Program-made: the position numbers and the translations under genes
The notes under the pieces: model-generated
What the model was told of the DNA's origin: nothing
The model's input: only the letters and a program-made list of their open reading frames with translations
The model's database searches: none
Origin: Geosiphon pyriformis uo1
Taxonomy: Eukaryota > Fungi > Glomeromycota
Assembly: GCA_016748015.1 (NCBI GenBank)
Contig: JAAOMT010000201.1
Coordinates: forward strand, 504,224 to 568,223
Length of the DNA: 64,000 bases
Direction of reading: 5' to 3'
Part shown: positions 25,832-38,500 of the stretch, in pieces
How the letters are laid out: each line of letters starts with the position of its first letter
Numbering within the stretch: the first letter of the stretch is position 1

Positions 25832-27623
25832 TTAGTTATAAACTGACTTCGTGACATAACAACCTTTGTAAGTTACACATTGGCCCATTGTAGCATTAAA
25901 GTAAGTTCCATTATGTTTGTTAACTTTAGGGAACAGTTTTTTCCTATTGGCACAAAACTAAAAGTAAAAGAGGAAAAATCATTATATTTATCTTTAGGAA
26001 ATCATCTAAACCTGGTGCAAAATTGATAAATATACATACTCCATTTTCATTTTTGAACCATGATTTTTTGCAAAAATACACATTGGTAGTTCCCTCTTCG
26101 AAAAAATATTCGGCTTGATGATGGACAAATGTATACTCAAGTCTGCACCTGGATTTGGCGCGCCAGGATCATCAGCTCGAGTAACACGAAATATTTGAAA
26201 TGTCCTTTTATCATCGTCAAGAATTTGATCGATAATGGCACGAAAATCTTCGTGGTTGGCCGTAAGTATATACAGCAATGTCCTTTTTAGGATATCTTGC
26301 AAAATATGATAAAGATGCAAACATTGCGTAGACTAGAGGATGATAACTTTATTTTTTAATGATAAAAGTTTAAAGTTCTAAGTAAATTTAAACTTTGAGA
26401 ACAAACCTCCACCCAATAAATCGAACATGAGCATACTGATTCGAAGCTGTCATTTCGCCAATCTTCCGAAAAAAGTCCTCTTGCTGCATGGACCAATAAA
26501 CCTTCCCCCCTTCCAAGTTTTTGTAAAAATATTACCTACTCTGGAGGTTTGGGATAGCCCATCTGATCGACTGTATAGTGCTTTATTAAACTATCGTATG
26601 ACCTTTTGTCACTGGCAATTATAACTGCTATCTCTATATCATTTAAGCTTTCATTGACTGGTTTTAGAAATTAATCAATTAAATTAGCCTAGAATATCTG
26701 ATTAATATCTTTAAATCAAATAAATATGATATTAATAAAACTTACTACGATATTCTATTGATATGCGTCCAGAATTGCAGTATGCAGCATTCGCCATGAG
26801 TGGATAATTTCCTAAATCTCGAACTTCCTTTGAATCATTTTTCAATAGAACTCGTTTCTTTTTAAAATTGTCGTACCATACATCCACAGTCTTCTTGAGT
26901 CCCCCAAAATTAAGTGCCACAGGTCCCATCTCATTTTCGGTAAAAGAGTTTTCTGAATCGAGGGAATTTCAAAGTTGTGGCAAAATTGATGACTGTATTC
27001 GAAAATTGCATTCTCTAATTAAATTTATCAGATAACTTAGAACCTTACCTGCTATATTTGGTAAATTATCTTGCGAAAAAGAGACTTGGTTCAATTCATT
27101 GCTTCCATTTTCCACGGTTAATCTATCTTCAAGCTGTGTTAAATCTTGATTTTCCTTTCCTTCATCAACGAGGGAAGCCATGGTAGAAGGCATTAACAAA
27201 TTGTCGGATACAGTCTGCAGTTGCAAAGTGTTACTGAATTCTTGATTGAGTTGGTTGAAAAGTGATAGTGATGGTGTGAATGCAACATCATCAGGAATTG
27301 CAGCATTGAACCCAAGTTGATTGTCGTAAGATTTAATAGTTCTGAAAGTGTACGAGTTTTTTAATCTTCACATGAAAATGCTTAAATTAATGAAATATGA
27401 AAGAGTTAGTTCATTCGTTTATGATCCAACCGTTATCAGTGTCCAATTCTTTTGGAAATTCAGTATCTGGCCCAAAAAAATAATTAACTGGAATAGCATT
27501 TTGTTCAAGATCATTAGCCAAATCTTCATAAATAGGCTTTGTTTGAACGTGCAAATTTCTTGAACTGGAAATAATAAAAATGAAAAAAAAATATTTGAAA
27601 AAATTGGGTTTCATTTTGATCAT
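25832..27623 (-). pseudogene. Inverted class-3 lipase-like pseudogene, copy C
   Basis: Same exon layout as A/B on the minus strand, but has an in-frame TAG in exon 4, an 11-nt deletion removing HGV of the elbow (~26412), a 36-nt deletion in DDPVVHWP (~26165) and further frameshifting deletions. Confidence 0.88.
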
Positions 27624-30600
27624 GATGAAAGTGATAAAGAATTTTTCTATTTAATTGAGATACAACAGCTTCAATAAAAATAAGAGTTACTATTAAGAGG
27701 GGAATTTTTTGGTCTCAAATATAAATTATTTCATGACGTTTTCGAAGATGAGATATGGAGATTCCAATATTAGTTTTCAATACAATAGAAAATTTAAACG
27801 TTCAACCATTTATAATTATTTTTGCTGACATTTCAGAATAATATTTTTTCTAATTGATAGTTAGGAGAAAAATTAATCGAAATAATCTTTGATCTATCAA
27901 ATATTCATCCGAATTTTTTTTGTTGATTGTTTAGGATTTCCTAGTCTACTTCATGCAGAATCAATCGGAATTTAATGGGCTACTGGCACAATCTCTTCAC
28001 ATAATTAGTATATCAAAAAAATTGAATAAAAATTGTGGAGCCTTTCTTAAAAGAAAATATTATAGATACTTTCATTAGTGCAACATTAGAGGATTGGCTC
28101 ATGATGGACATGTATTTAGAAATTGCTACTCGGGAAAAAGTTGCTATTTATTTGACAAAACACCCTATGGAAATTTGTTAATAATATATATTTAGGGATC
28201 CATTCTTTTTATCCGTGATCCGAAAAAGGTGATCTTCAGTAATTTAAATGCATCAATCTTAACCACAACTATATTAAGTTGTTGCATAATATGATAATTT
28301 TCAATGATATTTTAAATTACCTATTAAGTCAAAATGGCATTGCAAAGAAAATTTGAAACAATATTTCCATTGATATTTTCAACAAAGATTTACTTATCAG
28401 CAGATTGGGTCAAATATTGAAAGATATCAAAATATATAAGTTCAATTAATATAAAAGTAATTTTTATAATTAATATACATCTTTTTTAAATTTACTGATT
28501 CTAATTAGTTGATTATAGAAAATAAATATGATATAAACGATTTTATAATATTTCATTTATATTAATATAAGATAATAAAATTTTATTTTATATTGTTATT
28601 GATCGAAAAAAATTTTGAAAACTTATTCTATTACAGAAAAATTATTAGTCTTTTCATTTCAATATTGCAAACATTTCGAACTCGCCTGGTTGAATAAGAA
28701 TAATAAGATACAAATTGAATTAAAATAATTTTTGATCAAGGTTTATTGGTTCTCATTTTTTTTTTAGCATGCTGCATATTTTTATTTATTACCTTTTTAT
28801 GTCGAAAAACCATATGCCTAAAGAAGATAATTACACTTTATATTAAATTGGAGAAAATATAAAAATCTCTTCTATTTACTCTTTAATAGAAAAAAAAATT
28901 CTAATTTCTAAAACTTCAAACATGTTTGGTAACAAATTCGAGTAATTAAAGATTGAAATCAGTTTATAAACTCATTATATTTTTCTTTAGGCGTACATGC
29001 TATCGTTCGGCAAATGGCAAATCATTAAAATAGCTATCAATCATAATTTTATTTAAATGGAAAAAAGATACAATGGGAAAATAGTTAAAACCTTAACTAT
29101 CGACAGATAAATTTCCACAAAGTAATACGAGAGATAAATAAAATCGCCATCATTCTTATTATTGTGAAAAAGTCATTTTCTTAATAGCGGTAAATAAATT
29201 CTTCCAATTCCGGGAATTAGAAAAGATCTTTGGACTGTTGATAAAGCTGAACATCCCGAGCAAGTTAATTCATTGGTACGTATGAAACAATAATACGTAA
29301 TAAAAATTGTACCACCAGAAAATGGAATTTCGTACTTTGCTGCACAACTTTTTTAAGCCTTGAAAAGAGCACAAATATATGTACATGTAAATATGAGATT
29401 GTTTCCAAAATTGGAGTCTCATTCGGAAATGCTTTTAAGAATAAAGTCAAAATCTCGGATAGGTTATTAATGAAATCAGCATTGAATATTGGGTAACGAA
29501 AACTTAGTCGATCTCTTTGGATGTTTGAAATCATCGTTTAAACTAATTTTGTTTCTCGATTGAAAAAGCTTAAATATTTAATGGATTAAAGAATTGGGTA
29601 TATATATTTCTCTCCTTGACTGGTTATTTTCATTGGTTTATTAATTATTTATTAAACGAAACTCAAGGAATATAACTTTGATTTTCATGTAATCGTTTAA
29701 AACTTTGCAAGATTAAAATTTTAACATTTGCCATAACAGTATAATTATACAGTAAGAAAAAACAATATTTATCCAAAAAAAAAACAATTATTATTATTAT
29801 TAAAAAAACACCTTAATTAGTAAAATTAAACTCTAAAAGTTTTCGAAAATCAACCTTTACATGAATCTTCTCTTTAATTTTTTATATATAAAACTTGGGA
29901 ATTTGAAACCAAAATGAAAATGGATTATTAATTTTTTTCATCAACTTGATACAATATTATGTAAACAATATTACCCTTATCAGAATTTCAAAGAGAAACT
30001 CAAAAATTAAACAAGACACAAGATCGAAGATTTGATATTTAACAGAAGTTTAGAAGATATATATATGTATAAATTGAATTCCGGAAGTTTTAAAAAAAAT
30101 CATAGATTACGGAGTATACAAATGAATTTGATAAATTTGAAACATGGTCGTACATTGATTTAATAAATAATCAAAAGCAGTATTCTTTCTTAGCAAGAAA
30201 GAAGAGAAAATTTTAGTAAATTAGAATTAATTTTTTTTTTGCCAAACGATAAAAAGTTTTTGCATTAAATATTAATCTTGCCTTCTTTTTTATAGAAATT
30301 TTATATTTTCATATTTCTCAAATAGAATACCGCAGTCATGTATTGGATTTTTCGAACTTTTTATATTTGAAAATTTATGTGACGAAATGAAGTAAAGTTT
30401 GCTTCTTAAAAAAAGTTTTAAAAACTCGATTGTCGTAATAGAATTTGTAATTTAAATATTCTATTTAACCACTCGATAAACTGTATATCATTGTTTTTAA
30501 GAGACTGTCCAATATTTGGATAGTTCTAGAATTAAATAATTATATGAAAAATCAATGATGCTTACATATTTTAAATCCTTTATTATTATTATTATTATTA

Positions 30601-31217
30601 TTATTAATCACGATAAGTAGCATATTATGGATATATTTAAAACATAACATAAATATTCAAAATTAATTTTATTCCTGTTATATTTACACGAATCTGCAAT
30701 TTAAATTGAAAAGTTCTCTATAATTAAATTCAGCAAACAAATTGTCGAAAATGCATAATCTTTGTTCCTATTAGTATCCAATCTTTCAGTATAAAAATCT
30801 AATATTAGCAAATAGATTGAATGCTAACTATGGTAATATCAAATTTAAAAAGTAATTCCATCATTTGTAAATCGGTTGAGAAGCTGTAAAGTTTATTCAA
30901 AGCTTATCTAGTTACTCTTTATACGACATCATACATCATTAAACATGCATAATATGCCACAATTTCTCTTCTCAAAAAATTTTACCGGAAATTTTTCGTT
31001 TCTTGTTGCACTCATAATTCTGTACTCTATGAGTGTGGTACTTTAGCTTGTGATCACATTTGAAGAATTAGAACATAAAAAGAGCTGTAGTAAATTAGAA
31101 AGGATTATTGAAAACTCTGAAAGAAATCTCATGAAATACTTTAACCCCATAATTGAAAATTTAATTTAATTTACTTTTCCAACATCAAAAAAATTTATTT
31201 CCAAGGTTGAAATCAAG

Positions 31218-31622
31218 ATGGAATCGTATTCAAGTCTGAGCAATATTAAAATGAAAGATGCAGTGGTAATAAATGAATCAGGAGAACTTTCGCTAGAGTT
31301 ATATGGAATGTTAGTAATTGTATTATCGTCAACAATTAGTAATTCAACTGTAACAATGATGATTATTTGGATATTGAACCAAAAGACTTTAAGAGATTTG
31401 GATAATCGATTGGTATTAAACTTGTTGGTCTCGGATTGGTTGCAAAGTTTCGGCTTTATGATGAGTTTGAATTGGATAGCACAAGGACAAATTGATAATA
31501 ACTCATTTTGTGGTCTTCAAGGAGTTATAATAAATATTAGTGACATTAGTTCGGGTATGAAAACATTCATTCGTTATAATTATTAGCAAGATGTTTTTGA
31601 TTAAGCAATAATACCTTATACA

Positions 31623-31655
<33 letters not shown>

Positions 31656-32637
31656 GTTGTTGTTGTTGTTGTTACTATGATAGGTTTTTGGGCAACAGCG
31701 ATATGCCTTCAGACTTACCTAGCAGTGGTCCACGCCTATGAGCCAAAAAACTACCTCAAATTTTCAATGATAATCATATGGTCTTTGAGCTTTTTTCTCT
31801 CACTGCTTGGATTTGTGATTGGGAATCCAGGAGATCCTTTTTATAGGTCAGCAGGAGGAATGTGGTGTTGGATCGGCGAAAATTATGCTGGATATAGGAT
31901 TGGTTTTCATTATGGAATTATAGTAATGCTAGCTTTTATCATGTCGATTTTATATGGGATCATGTTTTGGATGTTGTATCGTTATCGTGGAAGGTTGCAG
32001 GAAAAATCAGCAAACGGATTGAAGTTGCAACGAATGAAAAAGGCATTGATTTTATATCCCGTTATTTATCTGATCATAGTTTGCCCTTTGGCATCAGGTG
32101 AGCTTAAACTTTCAACTAGCTTTTATTTTATTTTACTTTCTTTTATTTTGTACTACTACAAAAAACTCCCACTAATATACGTATAATATCATTAAAAGAA
32201 CGTTTTGTAGCAATATTTGGATTGCAAGTTAGCATGACATAGTAAGTCTACAGAGTTTTTATTTACAATTTCCCCTTATTTAAAATTCCTTTATTCCTCA
32301 GCTCACTAAATTTATTTCTAGTCACATAATAGCAGGAACCATCTTTACAGGAGCCGGTCTTCTTAATAGCCTGATATATGGATATACAAGATACTTGGCT
32401 TCCTCGAAACCCTTCCTAAAACATGTGCTTAAAAAAAACTCTGCATTATTTCAAAATGATTTAATAAGCGAACCCGTCTTATCATTAGACAACAATCAGG
32501 CCTCCTCATTTTCTTATCAGGAATCTCGTTCACAGACTGACCTAAGTAGCGTGAATATTTTAGAGAATTCAGATCCGAGAATTGCGGGAGATGGAGGAAA
32601 GAATTCAAATTTATTAAATATTAATCTAAATGACTAG
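31218..32637 (+). CDS. Git3/Gpr1-like (cAMP-receptor-like) 7-TM G-protein-coupled receptor (~369 aa)
   Basis: Exons 31218-31554, 31684-32097, 32199-32241, 32322-32637. Motifs LNLLVSDWLQS, FCGLQG...DISSGFW..AICLQTY, AGGMWCWI, LYPVIY...P, GLLNSLIYGYTR; seven hydrophobic segments. Confidence 0.85.
31623..31672 (+). repeat. Compound microsatellite (ATT)n(GTT)n in GPCR intron 1
   Basis: Directly visible tandem repeat. Confidence 0.9.
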
Positions 32638-33794
32638 CTAGTTAAACATACAATTCCTTGTAAATACTAATTAAAATTAATATTAGAATTAAATATTTTT
32701 CGACATTCGTAATTGGGAATACCTTTTAAGATTTAAAGTTACATATTTGATTAAAATTTTCAGGTTTATTCAAAATAAGAATCAAGAATAATGATCAATT
32801 TTGACTAAAAATTCATCAATATTATTTAAACTTTCATTATTCCAATTTGGCCAATACGCTAATAGTATAAAAACTGGGCTAGTGGGTGAACTAGTTTTTT
32901 TTTAGACATTTGATAATATTTGAACTTTAAACATTTCAAAACATTCAATAATAATAAGTTACAAATTAAATGAACATCCTGTAAAAATAATTTATTTAAA
33001 CATTTTATTTTATCAAAATTTGGTTTAGGATTCTTTATTAAATATGGCTTTTTAGCAAAATAATTTCAAAAGAAAATTTTTACATTCATGAATAAAATTT
33101 TGAATTTTAATTAAATTGATAAAAAAAGATCTTGAGATGGTTTTTGAAAAAGGGTATAAACTTTATTTTTTTAATCAATATTTCCATTCAGTATGATAAA
33201 TTATATGATTTTTTTGACATGAGTTGAAAATCATGTGAGAATTGCAATGTCAGGATCTTGTTTCAAAACTGTAATTAACTGGCATTAAACTTAATAAATT
33301 TTTATAAAAGCCGGAAAAATATTCTCGAAATGTGTGACTTGTATTCCAAGTTGTGGTTGTTTCACAAAGATAAGAAGGTAATTAATTTAAGGATTTGCAA
33401 CCTGACTGTAAAAAATTTTATTTATATTTTTATTATAATTATTCTTAAATTATAAACATCTTTTCGGTGATCAGGTAAATATTTTTTATTTAAAAAAGCG
33501 ACTCTATATTCCAAAACATCGCTTAAAAAACTATGAAATTCATCGAGTTTTAAAATAGTTGAAATCAATTATTATTGAATGAGTCTCTGGATAAAATAAT
33601 TGTAATTTTTAAATTTTATTTTGATTTTCTAGATGTTTATAAATAATTTTAAAATTTGTTACTTACTTGCAAGAAAATTTGCCCGATCTTTTTTGTGTGT
33701 TGATTCAAATTTTCACTACATTTATCCGAAATTAATCAGGATCTTTGGCATTTATATCATTCCCCTTAATCTGACAGCATTTACCGTCATTAGA

Positions 33795-35212
33795 ATGTTG
33801 AAATATTTTATCCATAATAAAAAATCTTTTAGAACACAAGAAATCCATTCCATTCTCTTTCTTTTATTGATATTAGCGATCCCTTTTTTATTTTTTCTAG
33901 TTATCAAAAATGTAAATAAATCTCAAGATATAGATAAAACAAAAAAATTTGTAAAATTCTTTCTTAACTATTCAAACTTGCTATCTCCTGAAGGGCCTAT
34001 AAAGAAAGATAATAATTATTCTCTAAGGGCGGCAAAACGATCTAATGCCAAAAGAAAAACTCCTAACAAGCGATTATTTGAAAAAAAATGGATTGAACGT
34101 CTGCACTTTGATGTTATAGCTCAATATGCAAACAAGCCTTATTGTGTTGATAGTGCGAAATTCGCAGTCGATTTACCTGAAATAAGTGGCAAATAAATTT
34201 AACAGTGAATAAAATATTTCTTCCAAAAACCATTTAAAGTAATCGCTATGTTACTTATATATCTTTCTAGGGAATATTGAAAAAGGACCATCAATATTTG
34301 ATTTCTTTCACATTGTTGGTTACTTTCGAGGCAAGCAAATAAAAGATTTGATAAAAAAGATTGAGTTACCTCCTTTTTTATTCACTTTTTTGATTATTTT
34401 AGGACCCGAAATCGGAAGAGAGCAAATGAAAGAACTTTCAGAAGTTGATACCAAAAGATTAACAAAAGGGGTTTGGGAGGTTAATTCTAAATGGGGAAAT
34501 TTTTTAAGACTTACAATTCGTAAGGTTTTCTTTCAACAAATATTGCAGCTCATGAGACAAAAGAAACCTGAGACCCTAAATCATATTAACTTGATAGGGC
34601 ATGGTGTTGGAGGAGGTTAGTAAAACTTTTTGATATCAAAAATCAGAATTTTAGCTCAATTCCATTTTAAATTGAATTTTAGTCTATGCTCAAATCTTGA
34701 GCATCTTATTGGATGATCATTTAAGCAATATTATGCCAGGGTCTACATATCACATCTCGATTTTTACATTTGGGTCACCAAGAGTCGGAAATTCTCAATT
34801 TGCAATGACCATAAATTTGAGTAATAAAATCACTCATTTTAGGTTCACTCACTCAAATGATTTTGCACCCCATTTCCCGGCAACTACTGGAAGAAACTAT
34901 TTACATTCTGAAGGAGAGCATTGGATTGTCCCAAAAAATTGTGATTGCCCATCTGACGAGGATTATACTCTTTATAACTGTCCAGGATATTCTCGTGATG
35001 ATCTAGACTATTACGGAGAAAATTCGGTAGGTTTTTTTATAATTTCGATTGAATTTCTATAAGTATTCAAAATATTTTATTTAAAATTTATTTGCTTATA
35101 TTTCGCTTAAAATACTTTTGAAAGAGATGCAATATTGGCACATTTCGGGCCTTATTTTTCAACTACAATAGGCAAGTGTGATAATTTTTATGATTGGGAG
35201 GTACATGCTTAA
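33795..35212 (+). CDS. Distant class-3 lipase-like paralog D (signal/anchor, GHGVGG), possibly frameshifted in the last exon
   Basis: Likely ATG 33795; exons ~33795-34185, 34271-34330, 34403-34615, 34683-35026, 35125-35212. Motifs AQYANKPYC, YFRG|P, LIGHGVGG|VYA, FTFGSPRVGN, NDFAPHFP, YLHSEGEHW. CNIG and AHFGPYF...GKC are in different frames. Confidence 0.75.
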
Positions 35213-36269
35213 AATATACATCAAGATTTGGAAGTTTTCGCCACTTGCAAAACCATTTCAATTGAAGATCGGCATTATTTAAATTGGATATGTTATCCAG
35301 AAAATATATACATACTTTTTATAAAAAAGTTCATGTGCCATTAAATATAAACATTTTTCATATTTAAATAATAAATTTACAATCAATTACCTTTTTGAGA
35401 ATATTACTGAATTTATTTTAAGTATATTTTGGAAACTAATTGAAATGATTCGCTAATATTTGTGCCACTTATTAAATTCATAAATCGATTAATTCATATT
35501 TGATCTAAAACTTGTTCACCTTTATTAACTTTCTTAAAATAAATTTAATATTCCAATCAGCTAGATATTTCATATGAATACTTCTAGAGATAGTGTATGC
35601 CTATTTAGATTAACTATGAGTTATGAGTTGAACATATTAAAATAGTATTTAAAATTAAAAAAAAAGAATGGATAGAATTTTCTCTAAAACCTATCAAGAA
35701 TAACAAAACTTGTTAATAAGTTATGGATTAAATGATTAAAACAAAAATTTGATCATTATGGAAAATTAAAAAACGCAACTCATCCTTAAAAAGATTTCTT
35801 AAATTTTTAAGAGCATTAAAAGAAGTTATGGTACAAAACGAGTTTTCAATATGAGGCAGATACTATGATATTTGAATAACTGCAAAGTCTGACAAATTTC
35901 TGGTTGTAATTTTGAGAGTTTCTTGAAATCCAAGAAAAATAAATTTGCTGTTTTTGCTAAAAAAATCACTCATGACATGGAAGCTTTTGCTGGCTGATTT
36001 AAAATTTTAATGGGTGAAAACGATGAAAATTTTTGATTTCCTTTTTGAAAGTTATCTATTATTTTATCACTTAAATATTAAAATAATACAAGTTTGATAT
36101 AAAATACAGGACCCAAACACTTTCTTAATTGTCGCCTTGAGTGTTGTAGTGAATACATTTGGAAATTTTACATTTTATTTTCTAAATTTTATCAAATTTT
36201 ATTTATCCACATTCTCATGATTATTCAGATTTTATACACTCAATGGAAAACCTTAAAATTAAAAGAACT

Positions 36270-36670
36270 TGTCCAGTAGCTGATGATTGCAACCAGTGGG
36301 AATTGTGTCAAAAAAAGAATCGCGGAAATGAGTGTTCGGCATGCAAGTTCTTATTTTTTGAAAAACTATTCAAGTGGCAACAAAGTCGTCGACTAGATAT
36401 TACAAAATCCAATTCATAAATCCAAAGTCCGAATATATCATTCTGAATGGATTCTATGAAAATATTTAAATAATTTTTCCGAAGATAGGGTCAGGGAGAA
36501 TTCGTTACAGTTTACAAAGCAAGATGAATTAATGAAAATTGACTGGAGTATAATGCAATATGCAATATGAAATATAAAATAACAAAGAAACTTGGAGTCA
36601 GGAAAAGGAATCTAGAAAGTGTGCCCATCTTTCCAGAACAGTGATGAACTCTTTAGTGAAGTAATCGATT
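36270..36670 (+). pseudogene. TKL-type kinase N-terminal relic
   Basis: CxxC segment followed by NYSSGNKVVD..LQNP...EWIL*...GEFVTVYKAR*IN, typical of the SGN..ID / EWIP / GGF..VYKA.W N-terminus of Glomeromycotina kinases; disrupted. Confidence 0.65.
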
Positions 36671-37604
36671 TTTATGGATAAATCTATGTTCACTAAGAGC
36701 GGGAGAGATTAAAATCTTTGACATGTTATTATACAAAAAGTCAATTGCCATAACAGAGGTTATAATAATTCTTATTTTGAACAAATGTGATTTTGTTTTA
36801 TAAAAATATTTCTTTATCAAATGAAACGTTTGGCAATTATTTGAGATATGTTTCTAAAAATTAAATCACATGCTGCCTTAACTACTATTGTGGGTGAGGG
36901 CGATGAAGTGAAAAGAAATTTTTAAAATATAGAGAAATTAAAATATTACATCTATATAACCAAGAAAAAACTGGGAATCACATTAAAAAAAATGATGAAT
37001 TTTATTAAAAGAATCAAAATTCAAAATATATAAGCAAAGGTCAAAAATAGTTTTTTTGCACTAATTTTTCTGGTGTAGAATTATAAATGGTTGACAAAAT
37101 ATTCAATTAATATTTTTTAATAAATATTGTTTTATTATTTAAATCTAGTACTTGAATGTTCATTATAAATTTTTACTCGATTAAAATTGAAATACGAGTG
37201 AAAGTAACCACTAAAAACGAATAAAATAAAGACAAGTTGATGTAAAATTTTATTTTTTATGGTAAAAAATTGCCTTTAAAGTAAATTCCCAAAGCTGATT
37301 TTTTTAAAATATACAATGTATTAAAAGTTTATAAAATTATAATAAATGAAGTTTTTTGAAAAAAAATTATTGCAATTATGAATTATAAAAATTAAATTAA
37401 AAAAACAGTTTCAATAAAAAAAATAAAAAAAATAAAACCTAATAAGTAATTTTATAGCATTACATTGACTATTTCAAGTTTTTTTCGACAGAAAAATATT
37501 AACGATTTTCTGAATCTAATATTACCAGCCAATTTTAATTCATAAATTTACAACCTTTTGTTTGAAACATAAACCATATGCTGAATTGTTTTAAATGCTC
37601 ATGC

Positions 37605-38500
37605 TTCTTTTTTTTAACAAGTGAAGCCCAACCACTATCTGCTACAATACAACAAGATATATGTTCCAAAGTAGACGTGGTTCATGTAGTTTCAACACGC
37701 AACCACCCACTCGGCCAATCAAGGCTACACTGGACAGTTAATACAACAAAATTATTACAACCAAAATCAGAAAAAAACAAGTATCTTGACTTAAAACCAA
37801 AACACACTGCATGGCCTCTAAGAGCATTAAGTCTATGTAAAATTTTATTAATAGCAATTATCCGATCCCTAATCACATCAAGCCACTGCTTATAAGACCA
37901 CTCTTCTCATATTCTACTCCTATACATAGCACTAAGCATCTCTATGTAGGACAACCAGACTATGACAAAATTCAACCAGCTTGGCTTTCGCAGTCTTGGA
38001 ACTACCAAAAACTTTTAACAACTTATTGAACCAATTCCTAAAAACTAACTCCTTCAAATGTTTACATAGATAACATTATCAACTTCTGTATTATGTAGAG
38101 CTTAGAACACTGACAATGACCAATTACAGCAACAGCCAAAACTTTCTACTGTTCAAAATAACCACACAAGATCTCAATCTTATGGTCTTATCTTTCAGAC
38201 ATGCAAATGAATAGTTAAAACATTCAACTTCACATCGAACACATAATACACTGGAATAAAACAAACCTATAATTTTTTTCTGACTGCAACTGGCAATCTC
38301 CTGTAAACTGACTTTATAATATAAGTGTGCAAATGGCTGTGACTCTACTGGTAAAGCCAGAACTGAAATGAGAATCTGGGTGTCATACCGATGCTGTATA
38401 CAGGCAATTAATCAATCCAATATCTGTTCTTAAGTCCAGCTTGAAACCAGACAACTCGGATACATACATGTCAATGGCAACTTGACTATCTGCCACAACC
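37605..38500 (-). mobile_element. 5'-truncated, internally deleted LINE-like retrotransposon (RNase H fragment, C-terminal Zn knuckle, 3' UTR, A-tail)
   Basis: Minus strand: VVADSQVAID.YVSEL; SV*HPDSHFSSGFTS...RRLPVAVRKK...VLCVRCE; C-terminus VCFGFKSRYLFFSDF; ends gggcttcacttgtt followed by an A-run at ~37607-37615. Confidence 0.7.

Noticed and set aside
29140-29560. 89-aa minus-strand ORF / coding-like plus strand
   Set aside because: No recognisable domain or consistent splice structure; probably a degraded fragment.
33633-33794. Upstream ATG extension of lipase-like paralog D
   Set aside because: The ATG at 33795 puts the hydrophobic signal/anchor near the N-terminus; the extension looks like UTR, though this is not proven.
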